Part shown: in pieces, positions 43,653 through 51,415 of the stretch | Position numbering within the stretch: the stretch's first letter is position 1 | How the letters are laid out: each line of letters begins with the position of its first letter | Origin: Candidatus Aenigmatarchaeota archaeon | GTDB lineage: Archaea; Aenigmatarchaeota; Aenigmatarchaeia; QMZP01; QMZT01 | NCBI GenBank assembly: GCA_021162425.1 | Contig: JAGGYQ010000022.1 | Coordinates: 1-60,646, forward strand | Reading direction: 5' to 3' | Length of the DNA stretch: 60,646 nucleotides | Program-made: the position numbers and the translations under genes | The notes under the pieces: generated by a model | Seen by the model: the letters and a program-made list of their open reading frames with translations, nothing else | Told to the model about the DNA's origin: nothing | The model's database searches: none

Positions 43653-44444
43653 ATGAACAAAGAGCACATAGATAAACGTGTCTTGAGATTCACATGCTAT
43701 GAATGCAGACATTGCGGATTCTGCTGCCGTGTCTGGGACATAGACCTATCGAAAGGGGACATAAGAAAGATAGTTTCACTCGGTTATGACCTGAAATCCT
43801 TTCTTGATACCAAACCTGTGGTGAAAGCCAAGATGGTCGGCAAAGAAAAAAATTGTGTGTTCCTTGATAAAGACACCATGTGTATTCTGGAAAAAAGACA
43901 CGGTCAAGTAGCAAAGCCATACACATGCAGGAAATATCCTGATTACGAAGTAGCAGACGCAACAGATGATGACAGGGATTACTATTTTTATGAATACGCA
44001 AAGAAGGTCATTTCAAGGGACCTGTTAATCAAAATCCTTGACAAAATTAAAAATTCAGGCAAAGACGAACTTTTTGATAGATTGTTAGAAGAGCTTGAAA
44101 GACTGAGAAACCACAAAGACCCATACATAGATATTTTCAATTACAGCGAAGCAAAAACCTCGATATTGGGTAAATATCTGACGAGAAAATTCGTTAGTAA
44201 ACTTGCAAAGAAAAAATTCAAAGAGGATGACATAAAGATGCTCGCTTCAATTCCGTCAAAAAAGAAGGTAGAAACCGAAAAATTAGTAGAGCATATCCAG
44301 AAAAAAATCCCGACGAATCAGGCATTGAATACCAATTTCCCTTTGATGTTGCTCACTTTTCTTTATTTTCTGAAGTCAAAAGAGTGGAAGGACCCTGAGA
44401 AACTCGCTGATTTTTTTATTGAATGGAACAATAAAAGATTCTGA
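43653..44444 (+). CDS. YkgJ-family Cys-cluster (CxxCxxCC) protein
   Basis: 'CYECRHCGFCCRVWDI' plus the distal 'NCVFL...MCIL...YTCRKYP'. Confidence 0.75.
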   Translation: MNKEHIDKRVLRFTCYECRHCGFCCRVWDIDLSKGDIRKIVSLGYDLKSFLDTKPVVKAKMVGKEKNCVFLDKDTMCILEKRHGQVAKPYTCRKYPDYEVADATDDDRDYYFYEYAKKVISRDLLIKILDKIKNSGKDELFDRLLEELERLRNHKDPYIDIFNYSEAKTSILGKYLTRKFVSKLAKKKFKEDDIKMLASIPSKKKVETEKLVEHIQKKIPTNQALNTNFPLMLLTFLYFLKSKEWKDPEKLADFFIEWNNKRF

Positions 44445-44476
44445 CAGTGAATTAAATTTTTAAACTACAAAACAGA

Positions 44477-44662
44477 ATGTTATTCAAGAGGGATAATATG
44501 CCTGTATTCGAAAGATATTGCGACAAATGCGGAGAGCCAAGCAATAGGCTCAAGAACGTGAATGGGAAAATGCTCTGCCCCAAGTGCAGGGGATTGAAAA
44601 CAGAGGACGAGCAGAAGTTAAGAAGAAAAGAAAAGCTTCGCATGCTCTGGACCTTGAAATAA
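44477..44662 (+). CDS. small zinc-ribbon protein (61 aa), hypothetical
   Basis: 'CDKCG...CPKC' followed by a basic tail. The stop lies 1 nt before the tRNA-Leu gene. Confidence 0.4.
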   Translation: MLFKRDNMPVFERYCDKCGEPSNRLKNVNGKMLCPKCRGLKTEDEQKLRRKEKLRMLWTLK

Positions 44663-44663
44663 T

Positions 44664-44862
44664 GCGGGGGTTCCCAAGCGGTCAAAGGGGCTAGAATACC
44701 GAAAAGGTATGGCGAAGTTTAGGTATGGCCAAGTTCAGGTTGCCACTTGGTTGTTGAGAAGCCTAGTGGCTTAGTGCCTTCGTGGGTTCGAACACCGCCT
44801 ATCCTCCGCCCAGCAGATGGAGCTAACGCTTCCAGCGGTGAAGGAGAATCCCACCCCCCGCA
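44664..44862 (+). tRNA. tRNA-Leu (anticodon CAG) interrupted by three introns: 44695-44732 (position 30/31), 44740-44760 (37/38), about 44793-44848 (T-loop 59/60)
   Basis: Class II ends GCGGGGG...CCCCCGC plus A73. After removing 38, 21 and 56 nt, an 84-nt cloverleaf results with anticodon stem CUAGG/CCUAG, loop UUCAGGG, variable arm UGGCUUAGUGCCUUC and T arm GUGGG-UUCGAAU-CCCAC. BHB motifs were drawn by hand for introns 1 and 2. Confidence 0.8.
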
Positions 44863-44941
44863 TAAATATCAGAAATAGCAATCAGAATTATCATAATACA
44901 AAAAGAAAGGTAAAATAAAAAAAGTAAAATTCAATTCAAGC

Positions 44942-45238
44942 TTACTTTTTGAGCGTTATGTCTATTGTCGAGACGTTAATCTCTGACCCGTCTTCTCCCT
45001 TGACTTTCTCTGTGCCTATCTCTATTTCCCTCTTGACGTCGCTAATGAATCTATTCCTGACAACTTCTGCGACATCAACCGCTCTGGAAATTGATTTCCC
45101 TCTTGCCTTTATGTGGACTTCTTTCACACCTTCCGAAAACTGTGTTATTACAGCCAATACATACGACATTGTTGGTTTTTTGCCGACGAAAATCACGTTA
45201 TCGTCTGCCTTTACTTTTTCTTCAGTTTTTTCTGCCAT
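44942..45238 (-). CDS. albA: chromatin protein Alba
   Basis: '[21 protein letters not shown]...[24 protein letters not shown]'. The ATG at 45238 is preceded by GGGAGGTG; the track start at 45247 is GTG inside the Shine-Dalgarno sequence. Confidence 0.9.
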   Translation of the reverse strand: MAEKTEEKVKADDNVIFVGKKPTMSYVLAVITQFSEGVKEVHIKARGKSISRAVDVAEVVRNRFISDVKREIEIGTEKVKGEDGSEINVSTIDITLKK

Positions 45239-45323
45239 TTTACGCACCTCCCTTTACACAGTTAAAGCTTGTCTTCTGCCACGAGAGCAGTGTCGTTGTA
45301 TTATAAAATTTACTCGTGGATTT

Positions 45324-45533
45324 TTAAAGCTTATCATCGGTGATTTTTAAAATTATTTCAGGGATATACACCAATGATTCTTCTAATCTTTCAGGAACAT
45401 GATATACACCTATTCGCCTTCCGTTAGGGTCGCGGAGCTCTACATTGCCCCCGTATATAGCCCTTGCGCGGTACCCTTTTTCCTCAAGACTTTCCCATAA
45501 CTCCCGGTAACCCTCTATTATCTCGTCAGACAC
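45324..45533 (-). CDS. small hypothetical protein (69 aa)
   Basis: A GTG start at 45533 is preceded by AGGTGG. No motif recognised. Confidence 0.4.
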   Translation of the reverse strand: MSDEIIEGYRELWESLEEKGYRARAIYGGNVELRDPNGRRIGVYHVPERLEESLVYIPEIILKITDDKL

Positions 45534-45672
45534 ATAACCACCTTGCAAAACTAAAATTAAAAACAGCAACCAATCAATAGCTTAGCCATGCAAAGAAATG
45601 ATTTAGATTTTGACTGCTGCAACTCATAATAATAATTATTAGCTGACAGATTTAAACCTTCTGTGCAAATAT

Positions 45673-46464
45673 TTATGTATCAACAAAAAAGGTAAAGGTA
45701 ACAGGCTCGTACAAAACTTTCTTGTCAACATACACGGGTATTTTAAAATCTTTTTGTGTTATGTTTATCTTGATAATTTTGTTTCCCGGGTGTATTTCAT
45801 GTAAAACCGCATCCACATCTAAATCATTTTCACTCAAAGGATAGCCATCCAGATGCTTCCCTTTTTCACTCGGGAGACTAATTTTCGATAAGGAGTCGAA
45901 GATTTCATATGCTTTTTTGAGCATTTTCGAAAATTTAATCCCGTAAATTTTTTCAATATCAACCGATTTCTCGAACCTCATTGAGACCTTACCTTGTTCA
46001 CCGGTCTTGGTATCGCAATAATACAAACTTTTCCCTGATTTAATCGAGACGCTCACTCCGTCATCCATAAGCTTGACTTCTATATCATCCTCGATGAATG
46101 TCGGGAGGTTCACGGATTTGCCGAAGAATATGTATTTTTCTTTTGTGTAGTTGTTAAGGTTCAAGACTATTGTTTTTTTGAGGGCGGAAACAACTTCGCT
46201 TTCTTTTGGTTTTTTTGTCCATGTTTTTTCCAGCCCGCCGTTTTTCCCTACGTCATATATCGCCTGGAAAACAGCATAGTCCAGCGAGGCTTTAAAATAA
46301 ATATCTGCGGCTTCTACCGCGTTTTGTATGACATATATATCTTCTGTAAACCTTATGTCTTTGGTTTGGGTTTTTTTTGCAAAGAAAATCGTAACCATCG
46401 AGGCAATTGTTAGTGCAATCACTATGAAAATTATTGTAAGGAACACGACACCATATGCCTTCAT
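45673..46464 (-). CDS. N-terminally anchored (prepilin-like leader MKAYG|VVFL...) hypothetical protein, last gene of the operon
   Basis: Short leader ending in Gly, then about 24 hydrophobic residues. The start overlaps the upstream stop (ATGA). Confidence 0.6.
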   Translation of the reverse strand: MKAYGVVFLTIIFIVIALTIASMVTIFFAKKTQTKDIRFTEDIYVIQNAVEAADIYFKASLDYAVFQAIYDVGKNGGLEKTWTKKPKESEVVSALKKTIVLNLNNYTKEKYIFFGKSVNLPTFIEDDIEVKLMDDGVSVSIKSGKSLYYCDTKTGEQGKVSMRFEKSVDIEKIYGIKFSKMLKKAYEIFDSLSKISLPSEKGKHLDGYPLSENDLDVDAVLHEIHPGNKIIKINITQKDFKIPVYVDKKVLYEPVTFTFFVDT

Positions 46465-47429
46465 TCTATCAGCCCCATTTTCCCCCTTCTACCGCCCGGT
46501 AATGGTATGTCTATATAAAAAGATGCTTCGTTTTCTGAAATTGACTGCGACCCCTGCTCGCAATTTTCAGGAAATTCAGGAAAATACGGGCATGGGTCTA
46601 CCGATGTTTCATCATGCTTTGTCATTTGTTTGTTTATTTCGAAATGGAGGTGCGGACCTGTTGAGTATCCTGTATTGCCCGTCTTGCCTATTACATCACC
46701 TTTTCTCACCTCATCTCCCACATCCACTCTAACCTCGTTTAAATGGTCGTAATGAGTATAAAATGTCTCGCCGTTTACTCTATGTTTTATCACGACAAAA
46801 TTGCCCAGCCCGCCATTACAGCAGCAATACTTATCTTTCGTCTCTTTGCATGATATATGGCATCCTCCGCTTGGGGACGCCTCGCAACCTCTTCCAACAC
46901 TCGCAACCGTTCCGTCATACACAGCATGGACATTCGTCCCTATCTCGACTGCGAAGTCCACTCCGCCATGAAAATCTGGCTTTCTGTTGATAATTCGCCA
47001 CCCGTAGCCGCTGCTTATCTTGTGTGTTTCAACAGGCCATCCGATTTTGAAATTGTCTGGCAGGCTGATCGTTGCTTTGCTTGTGCCCTTGCCGTATACC
47101 ATGGATTTACCGCTCGATAAATCACGAACTATCAGACCTGATGCTCCTATGTGACGGAGCGTAGTAAATATCTGTTTCCTAATATCTTCAGGCATACCGT
47201 CAAATGAACCTATTATTTCCATGTAGTTCATTCCACCCCTTTCACACTTAACAAACGAAATTATTTTGGAGCCCTTGTCCTGAACATCGAGATATACATT
47301 CACGTCGCCTTTTATCTTTACTATTCCATATCTGCTCAAATAGAACAGAAACATAAGAGCCATTAAAAACACGACTATTACTACCACCAGCATAACGGTA
47401 TCAAAGATTCCTTTACGAAACCTCGACAT
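46461..47429 (-). CDS. M23/LytM-family metallopeptidase with a class III (prepilin)-like N-terminus
   Basis: 'MSRFRKG|IFDTVMLVVVIVVFL' leader. Catalytic motifs 'HGGVDF' (HxxxD) and 'GNTGYSTGPHLHFEI' (HxH). Confidence 0.85.
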   Translation of the reverse strand: MSRFRKGIFDTVMLVVVIVVFLMALMFLFYLSRYGIVKIKGDVNVYLDVQDKGSKIISFVKCERGGMNYMEIIGSFDGMPEDIRKQIFTTLRHIGASGLIVRDLSSGKSMVYGKGTSKATISLPDNFKIGWPVETHKISSGYGWRIINRKPDFHGGVDFAVEIGTNVHAVYDGTVASVGRGCEASPSGGCHISCKETKDKYCCCNGGLGNFVVIKHRVNGETFYTHYDHLNEVRVDVGDEVRKGDVIGKTGNTGYSTGPHLHFEINKQMTKHDETSVDPCPYFPEFPENCEQGSQSISENEASFYIDIPLPGGRRGKMGLIE

Positions 47430-48171
47430 ACAATCTCCCCATGTGAATTGTTTTTGCAATATGCATGACCACGCACGTTACGCTTGACAACGAATCTCCA
47501 CACTCATTAATAGGAGCGAGTCCATGTGGTATAAACGAGTTCACGGGTGTTTCTTTTTCGAAATTAACGAAAACGTAAAATTTATTGAGTTCCAATTCCA
47601 ATTTCGATTTTATATAATTTTTAAGTTCGCGAGGAGCGACGGAAGGGATGTGGCTCACATCCTTCTCAAACATACTCTTCGGGTAAATCTCTATCAAGAC
47701 ATCATCCCCTGCCCAGTTTTCCGCTATTTTCTGAACAACAAGGATGTAAGAGCCTTTAAGATTGTATTTCTTGTCCTCGATGTAGTCAACATCGTATGAT
47801 ATCGGTACCCATATGTCATGGCTGTTTCTCGATGGCTCGAATTTTTTATCGAAAAGCCACTCCCTTTTATTTTCAACATCAACCACAAAAGCGTGTATGG
47901 AAGGACTTTTTATATTGCATAACTCCTTCACCTGCTTGCCGGCAGCAACGTAAAGGAAGTAGGCAGATATGGTGTTGTCATCGGCTAGGTTTGTGAAGCA
48001 ATGCCTCACTATATGAGTTGCTTCTATCGCTTTTAATTTATTCACATCACTGAGAACAGCCCCTTTGTAATTAAGGAGACCGCCCTCGAGAATTGTTATT
48101 AGCAGTATTATACCAAAGCCAAATATTACAAATCCCACAAATGTATTGAACGTGTCTTCGGCTTTCAGCAT
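47413..48171 (-). CDS. N-terminally anchored hypothetical protein
   Basis: 'MLKAEDTFNTFVGFVIFGFGIILLITIL'. The first ATG lies 1 nt after the upstream stop. Confidence 0.55.
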   Translation of the reverse strand: MLKAEDTFNTFVGFVIFGFGIILLITILEGGLLNYKGAVLSDVNKLKAIEATHIVRHCFTNLADDNTISAYFLYVAAGKQVKELCNIKSPSIHAFVVDVENKREWLFDKKFEPSRNSHDIWVPISYDVDYIEDKKYNLKGSYILVVQKIAENWAGDDVLIEIYPKSMFEKDVSHIPSVAPRELKNYIKSKLELELNKFYVFVNFEKETPVNSFIPHGLAPINECGDSLSSVTCVVMHIAKTIHMGRLYVEVS

Positions 48172-49205
48172 AATGCACACCTTTTATAGCAGTTGGGCTT
48201 GCTTTCGAAGCATTGTTTATACCGCATAACTTTTCTTACGTAATTTAATGTTTCATCGCCGTATATCCCCTGACAAAATTTCCCACCTTTTTCCGAATTT
48301 ATCAGAGGCTCTATCTTCTCCCAGCATCCTTCTGAACAATCTTTGCCACAGTTCTCATTCACAAGACTTTTTATCTTTCCGCAGTTGTAGTTGGCGACCG
48401 CAAGCTTCTCCTTATCATCTCCGCATTTTTCAAACAATTTTAGTTTTTGGCTTATGTATTTCACGCCGCCTTCTATGTTTTGCTCTGGTATCGTGTAATC
48501 AACGCCCATATCTTTCGCTGTCGCAGGCGTCAGCATCATAAGCCCGCAGGATATGATTTCACCGGAGGCATCTTTTGCGCATTTCACATCGCCGTTTGCA
48601 TCGCAATGCCTGAAACCGCTCTCTGCCATTATGATGGCTTTTACAAGATTCTCATCAACTTCATATCTTTGACTGTATGTCTGAATATATTTCTTTAGCT
48701 CCTCTTCTGTCGGCTCTGTGCAGAATTTCACACTCAAAAGCGATTCCACTGTTACGTCCTCGCCTTTTTTCTTGCTGAGTTTCAGGTATCTTGTTTTTTC
48801 TAATTTCAGCTCTTCACGACGGTCGAAGTTCAGAAAACCAACGAAAGGTATTTTTTCGCTTCTCACATTCCTGTCTGGCAGGGAAACTTCGACGTAATAT
48901 GTTGATGGTCTGCCCACCTTTATGAATGGAAGCTTCCAAATCCATCCTATTCTTATTCTTGAAAACTTGTCTATGGTTATCGTGAATTCGTTACCGAGGT
49001 CCATTGAAATCTCACCGCTGTCAACACTGGAAAGCGCGCTTATATACTGTGCAATTAAATGGGCGGTGTATGAAACCTTTGCCTCATCGCTCGCTTTTAT
49101 GCTCGGTGTTATTCGGTTTCCGGCGAAAAGAACCAAGATGGATACCCCTATCAACGCAACCCCGACAAACAAAATCATGTCAGCTGTAGAGCCTGTCCTT
49201 TTCAT
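48165..49205 (-). CDS. SLT-domain lytic transglycosylase with a prepilin-like N-terminus
   Basis: 'MKRTG|STADMILFVGVALIGVSILVLFAG' leader. SLT motifs 'IIMAESGF' (catalytic Glu-Ser), 'GLMML' and 'VANYNCG'. Confidence 0.85.
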   Translation of the reverse strand: MKRTGSTADMILFVGVALIGVSILVLFAGNRITPSIKASDEAKVSYTAHLIAQYISALSSVDSGEISMDLGNEFTITIDKFSRIRIGWIWKLPFIKVGRPSTYYVEVSLPDRNVRSEKIPFVGFLNFDRREELKLEKTRYLKLSKKKGEDVTVESLLSVKFCTEPTEEELKKYIQTYSQRYEVDENLVKAIIMAESGFRHCDANGDVKCAKDASGEIISCGLMMLTPATAKDMGVDYTIPEQNIEGGVKYISQKLKLFEKCGDDKEKLAVANYNCGKIKSLVNENCGKDCSEGCWEKIEPLINSEKGGKFCQGIYGDETLNYVRKVMRYKQCFESKPNCYKRCALC

Positions 49206-49206
49206 C

Positions 49207-49746
49207 TCAACATTCCCCTTTTGAGTCGACGTTAGAAACTTTATTAAGTTGAATATTCTTTGTCTCGCCGTTTTTTTGGATGTGGATGTCTAGGCAATAT
49301 ATTAGTGTTTTGCCTTCCTCGGGACCTTTTAATATTCTCTTCTTGTCGAAGTTAACATTTTTTAGGCTGGCGCAGTATGTATCTTTTGACAGGTATTTAT
49401 CAGCAAAGTTTTGCCAGAACGCAAGCTTTGACCAAAAACCGTAGGATTTTTTGTATACGACTATATACGAATATTCCTCGCCGGATTTACATTTTATGTC
49501 CCCCTTCAAATCTGTAATTTTGTTGGTTATAATCACACTGTCTATGCATTCCTTCAGCGTTATGGGAACACTCACTTCGCCGCTGCTACGCCTCACTATA
49601 TCAACAAAATTGTTCACATCGGCTACTGTCGCTCCCATACAGCCTATATAACTTATTTTTGCCACGCCCAAAAAGAAAAGCACAAGAACAAACATTATAA
49701 CAAACAATATACCGAATATCCTTTGTATGAAATCCACCGGCTCCAT
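49207..49746 (-). CDS. N-terminally anchored hypothetical protein
   Basis: 'MEPVDFIQRIFGILFVIMFVLVLFFLG'. The first ATG is at 49746. The stop lies 1 nt from the next start. Confidence 0.55.
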   Translation of the reverse strand: MEPVDFIQRIFGILFVIMFVLVLFFLGVAKISYIGCMGATVADVNNFVDIVRRSSGEVSVPITLKECIDSVIITNKITDLKGDIKCKSGEEYSYIVVYKKSYGFWSKLAFWQNFADKYLSKDTYCASLKNVNFDKKRILKGPEEGKTLIYCLDIHIQKNGETKNIQLNKVSNVDSKGEC

Positions 49747-49964
49747 ATACAATATTTTGTTTTACAAATTAAAAAGCATAAATTAAAAAGCGAGCATCTA
49801 ATAATTCCCACAGTCTGTCGATTTCAGTCCGAAAAAATATTTTTCGTAAAGGAACGGTTTCAAACACAAATCCATCTTCTCAGCCTAACGATTCTGCTAA
49901 TAGGGGAGCGATGGAGAACGGGGTTATTTTTAGACACGCCCATTAAAAAGCCACAGACTTTGTT

Positions 49965-50096
49965 CTACCCGAACAAAAAACTCTTTACCCCCTCGAAAAC
50001 CCTTCCATAAAAAACAAATAATATAAGAACAACAGCTATGGCAAGGATGAATCCAATCATATACCACACAAGCGGTGAAAATCCTTTCATTTTCAT
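49965..50096 (-). CDS. 43-aa micro-ORF with a canonical class III signal-like N-terminus (MKMKG|FSPLVWYMIGFILAIAVVLILFVF)
   Basis: Hand-translated; below the track cutoff. The ATG overlaps the stop of the preceding micro-ORF. Confidence 0.3.
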   Translation of the reverse strand: MKMKGFSPLVWYMIGFILAIAVVLILFVFYGRVFEGVKSFLFG

Positions 50097-50188
50097 ATAA
50101 CACCACTCAACTTCACAGCTAACATTGCTATCAGGACCAGCACAAATAAAACTATGAGTATTCTGCCAAGATATTGAACATCCATCAT
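50093..50188 (-). CDS. 31-aa single-TM micro-ORF (MMDVQYLGRILIVLFVLVLIAMLAVKLSGVI)
   Basis: Hand-translated; below the track cutoff. Confidence 0.25.
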   Translation of the reverse strand: MMDVQYLGRILIVLFVLVLIAMLAVKLSGVI

Positions 50189-50220
50189 AAATAAAAATTG
50201 TGGACCCTGCTATTTAAATA

Positions 50221-50598
50221 CTATTTGGATTTTTTGCAACATTTCTGACCGCTGCCGCATTGCCCTGCTATTTCCTCCTCGCCTGACTCGCACGCCTTTT
50301 TACACACACCGCCCGCCTTTTCGCAGGAAGGCTCAACACCGAAATCTTTACAGTCTTCTCTGCCTGTAAGCTCTTGGCAGCTCATGGGCTTCCCATCAAC
50401 CGTGACCATTGGCGTTGACCATGTGGGTGGGAGAACACCAATACTCCTGCATGATGATGACCCAATGTTTATGCAGTTGCTTCTTGCGTTCAGCATACTG
50501 CTGCCCTGCTGTATTCCTCTCCCGAAAATGAGAATGACAACTGTCGCTACTATGAGGATAACACTCGCAATAACAAGTAGCTCGAGCGATAACCTCAT
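50221..50598 (-). CDS. Cys-rich pilin-like protein, paralog 3 (125 aa) with a C-terminal six-Cys module
   Basis: 'MRLSLELLVIASVILIVATVVILIF', then the conserved 'N-C...SC...G..PP.W' core. An in-frame TAA lies 4 codons upstream of the ATG. Confidence 0.6.
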   Translation of the reverse strand: MRLSLELLVIASVILIVATVVILIFGRGIQQGSSMLNARSNCINIGSSSCRSIGVLPPTWSTPMVTVDGKPMSCQELTGREDCKDFGVEPSCEKAGGVCKKACESGEEEIAGQCGSGQKCCKKSK

Positions 50599-50616
50599 TC
50601 TAACACTTTATTTTTA

Positions 50617-50889
50617 TTATACACAACTCCATGTCCTCGTGTTCGGTTCGCATACACAGTTTACAAGCTCGCTGCACGTTTCGCCATTTGGGCCCACTTT
50701 ATCTGTGGTCCAGCCAGATGGATAATTTCCTGTGGATTTGCATGAGAATTCACCTGTTCGCATGCAATTGTTCTTCGCTGCCGTCAATGTCCCTAAATGT
50801 CCCATGCTTCCGCCGAACATGGTGAGGACAACTAAAGCCACCACAAGTATCACAATTGCTATGACCACAAGCTCAAGCGATAGCCTCAT
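50617..50889 (-). CDS. Cys-rich pilin-like protein, paralog 2 (90 aa)
   Basis: 'MRLSLELVVIAIVILVVALVVLTMF'. A TATA-like 'TTTTTATAC' lies about 30 nt upstream of the ATG. Confidence 0.6.
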   Translation of the reverse strand: MRLSLELVVIAIVILVVALVVLTMFGGSMGHLGTLTAAKNNCMRTGEFSCKSTGNYPSGWTTDKVGPNGETCSELVNCVCEPNTRTWSCV

Positions 50890-51061
50890 AATAAAATATA
50901 CGCAGCTCTTGTATAAAAAGTTTACCCAATTTGGCTCTGCGAATTTAATTCTGGAAAAAGAGTTTGTTGATATGATTTTTACAATTTCGAGTATTTCAAT
51001 CAGAACCGATAGGATGAGTCAAAGTTTTTCAAAAATTGCAGAGTTAAGTTGATAGAGCTTT

Positions 51062-51385
51062 CTATTTGCATGCAAATTGGTAGCCTATGACTATATCGCC
51101 TTGTTTGATGGGCTGGCAACAGGAAGATAATGAATCTTTATCTTTGCCCGTTAAATCCTTGCACGTATATGTTTTATCTCCTGTTTTAAAAACAACGTTC
51201 GTATCCCATCCGGGCGGTGCAGAGCCACCTGCCTCACACGAGTATTTTGCCATGTTCCAGCATTGGTTTCTTGCGCTGGACACCCCGCCAAACGAGCCCA
51301 TGCCGCCGCTGAATATCGAAAGCACAACAGCTGCGACAACAAGAAGCACAACGGCAATCAATACAACCTCCATTGCAAGTCTCAT
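51062..51385 (-). CDS. Cys-rich pilin-like protein, paralog 1 (107 aa)
   Basis: 'MRLAMEVVLIAVVLLVVAAVVLSIF'. A TATA-like 'TTTATATAAA' lies about 25 nt upstream of the ATG. Confidence 0.6.
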   Translation of the reverse strand: MRLAMEVVLIAVVLLVVAAVVLSIFSGGMGSFGGVSSARNQCWNMAKYSCEAGGSAPPGWDTNVVFKTGDKTYTCKDLTGKDKDSLSSCCQPIKQGDIVIGYQFACK

Positions 51386-51415
51386 ATTAAATATTAGGGC
51401 TTTTTATATAAATTC

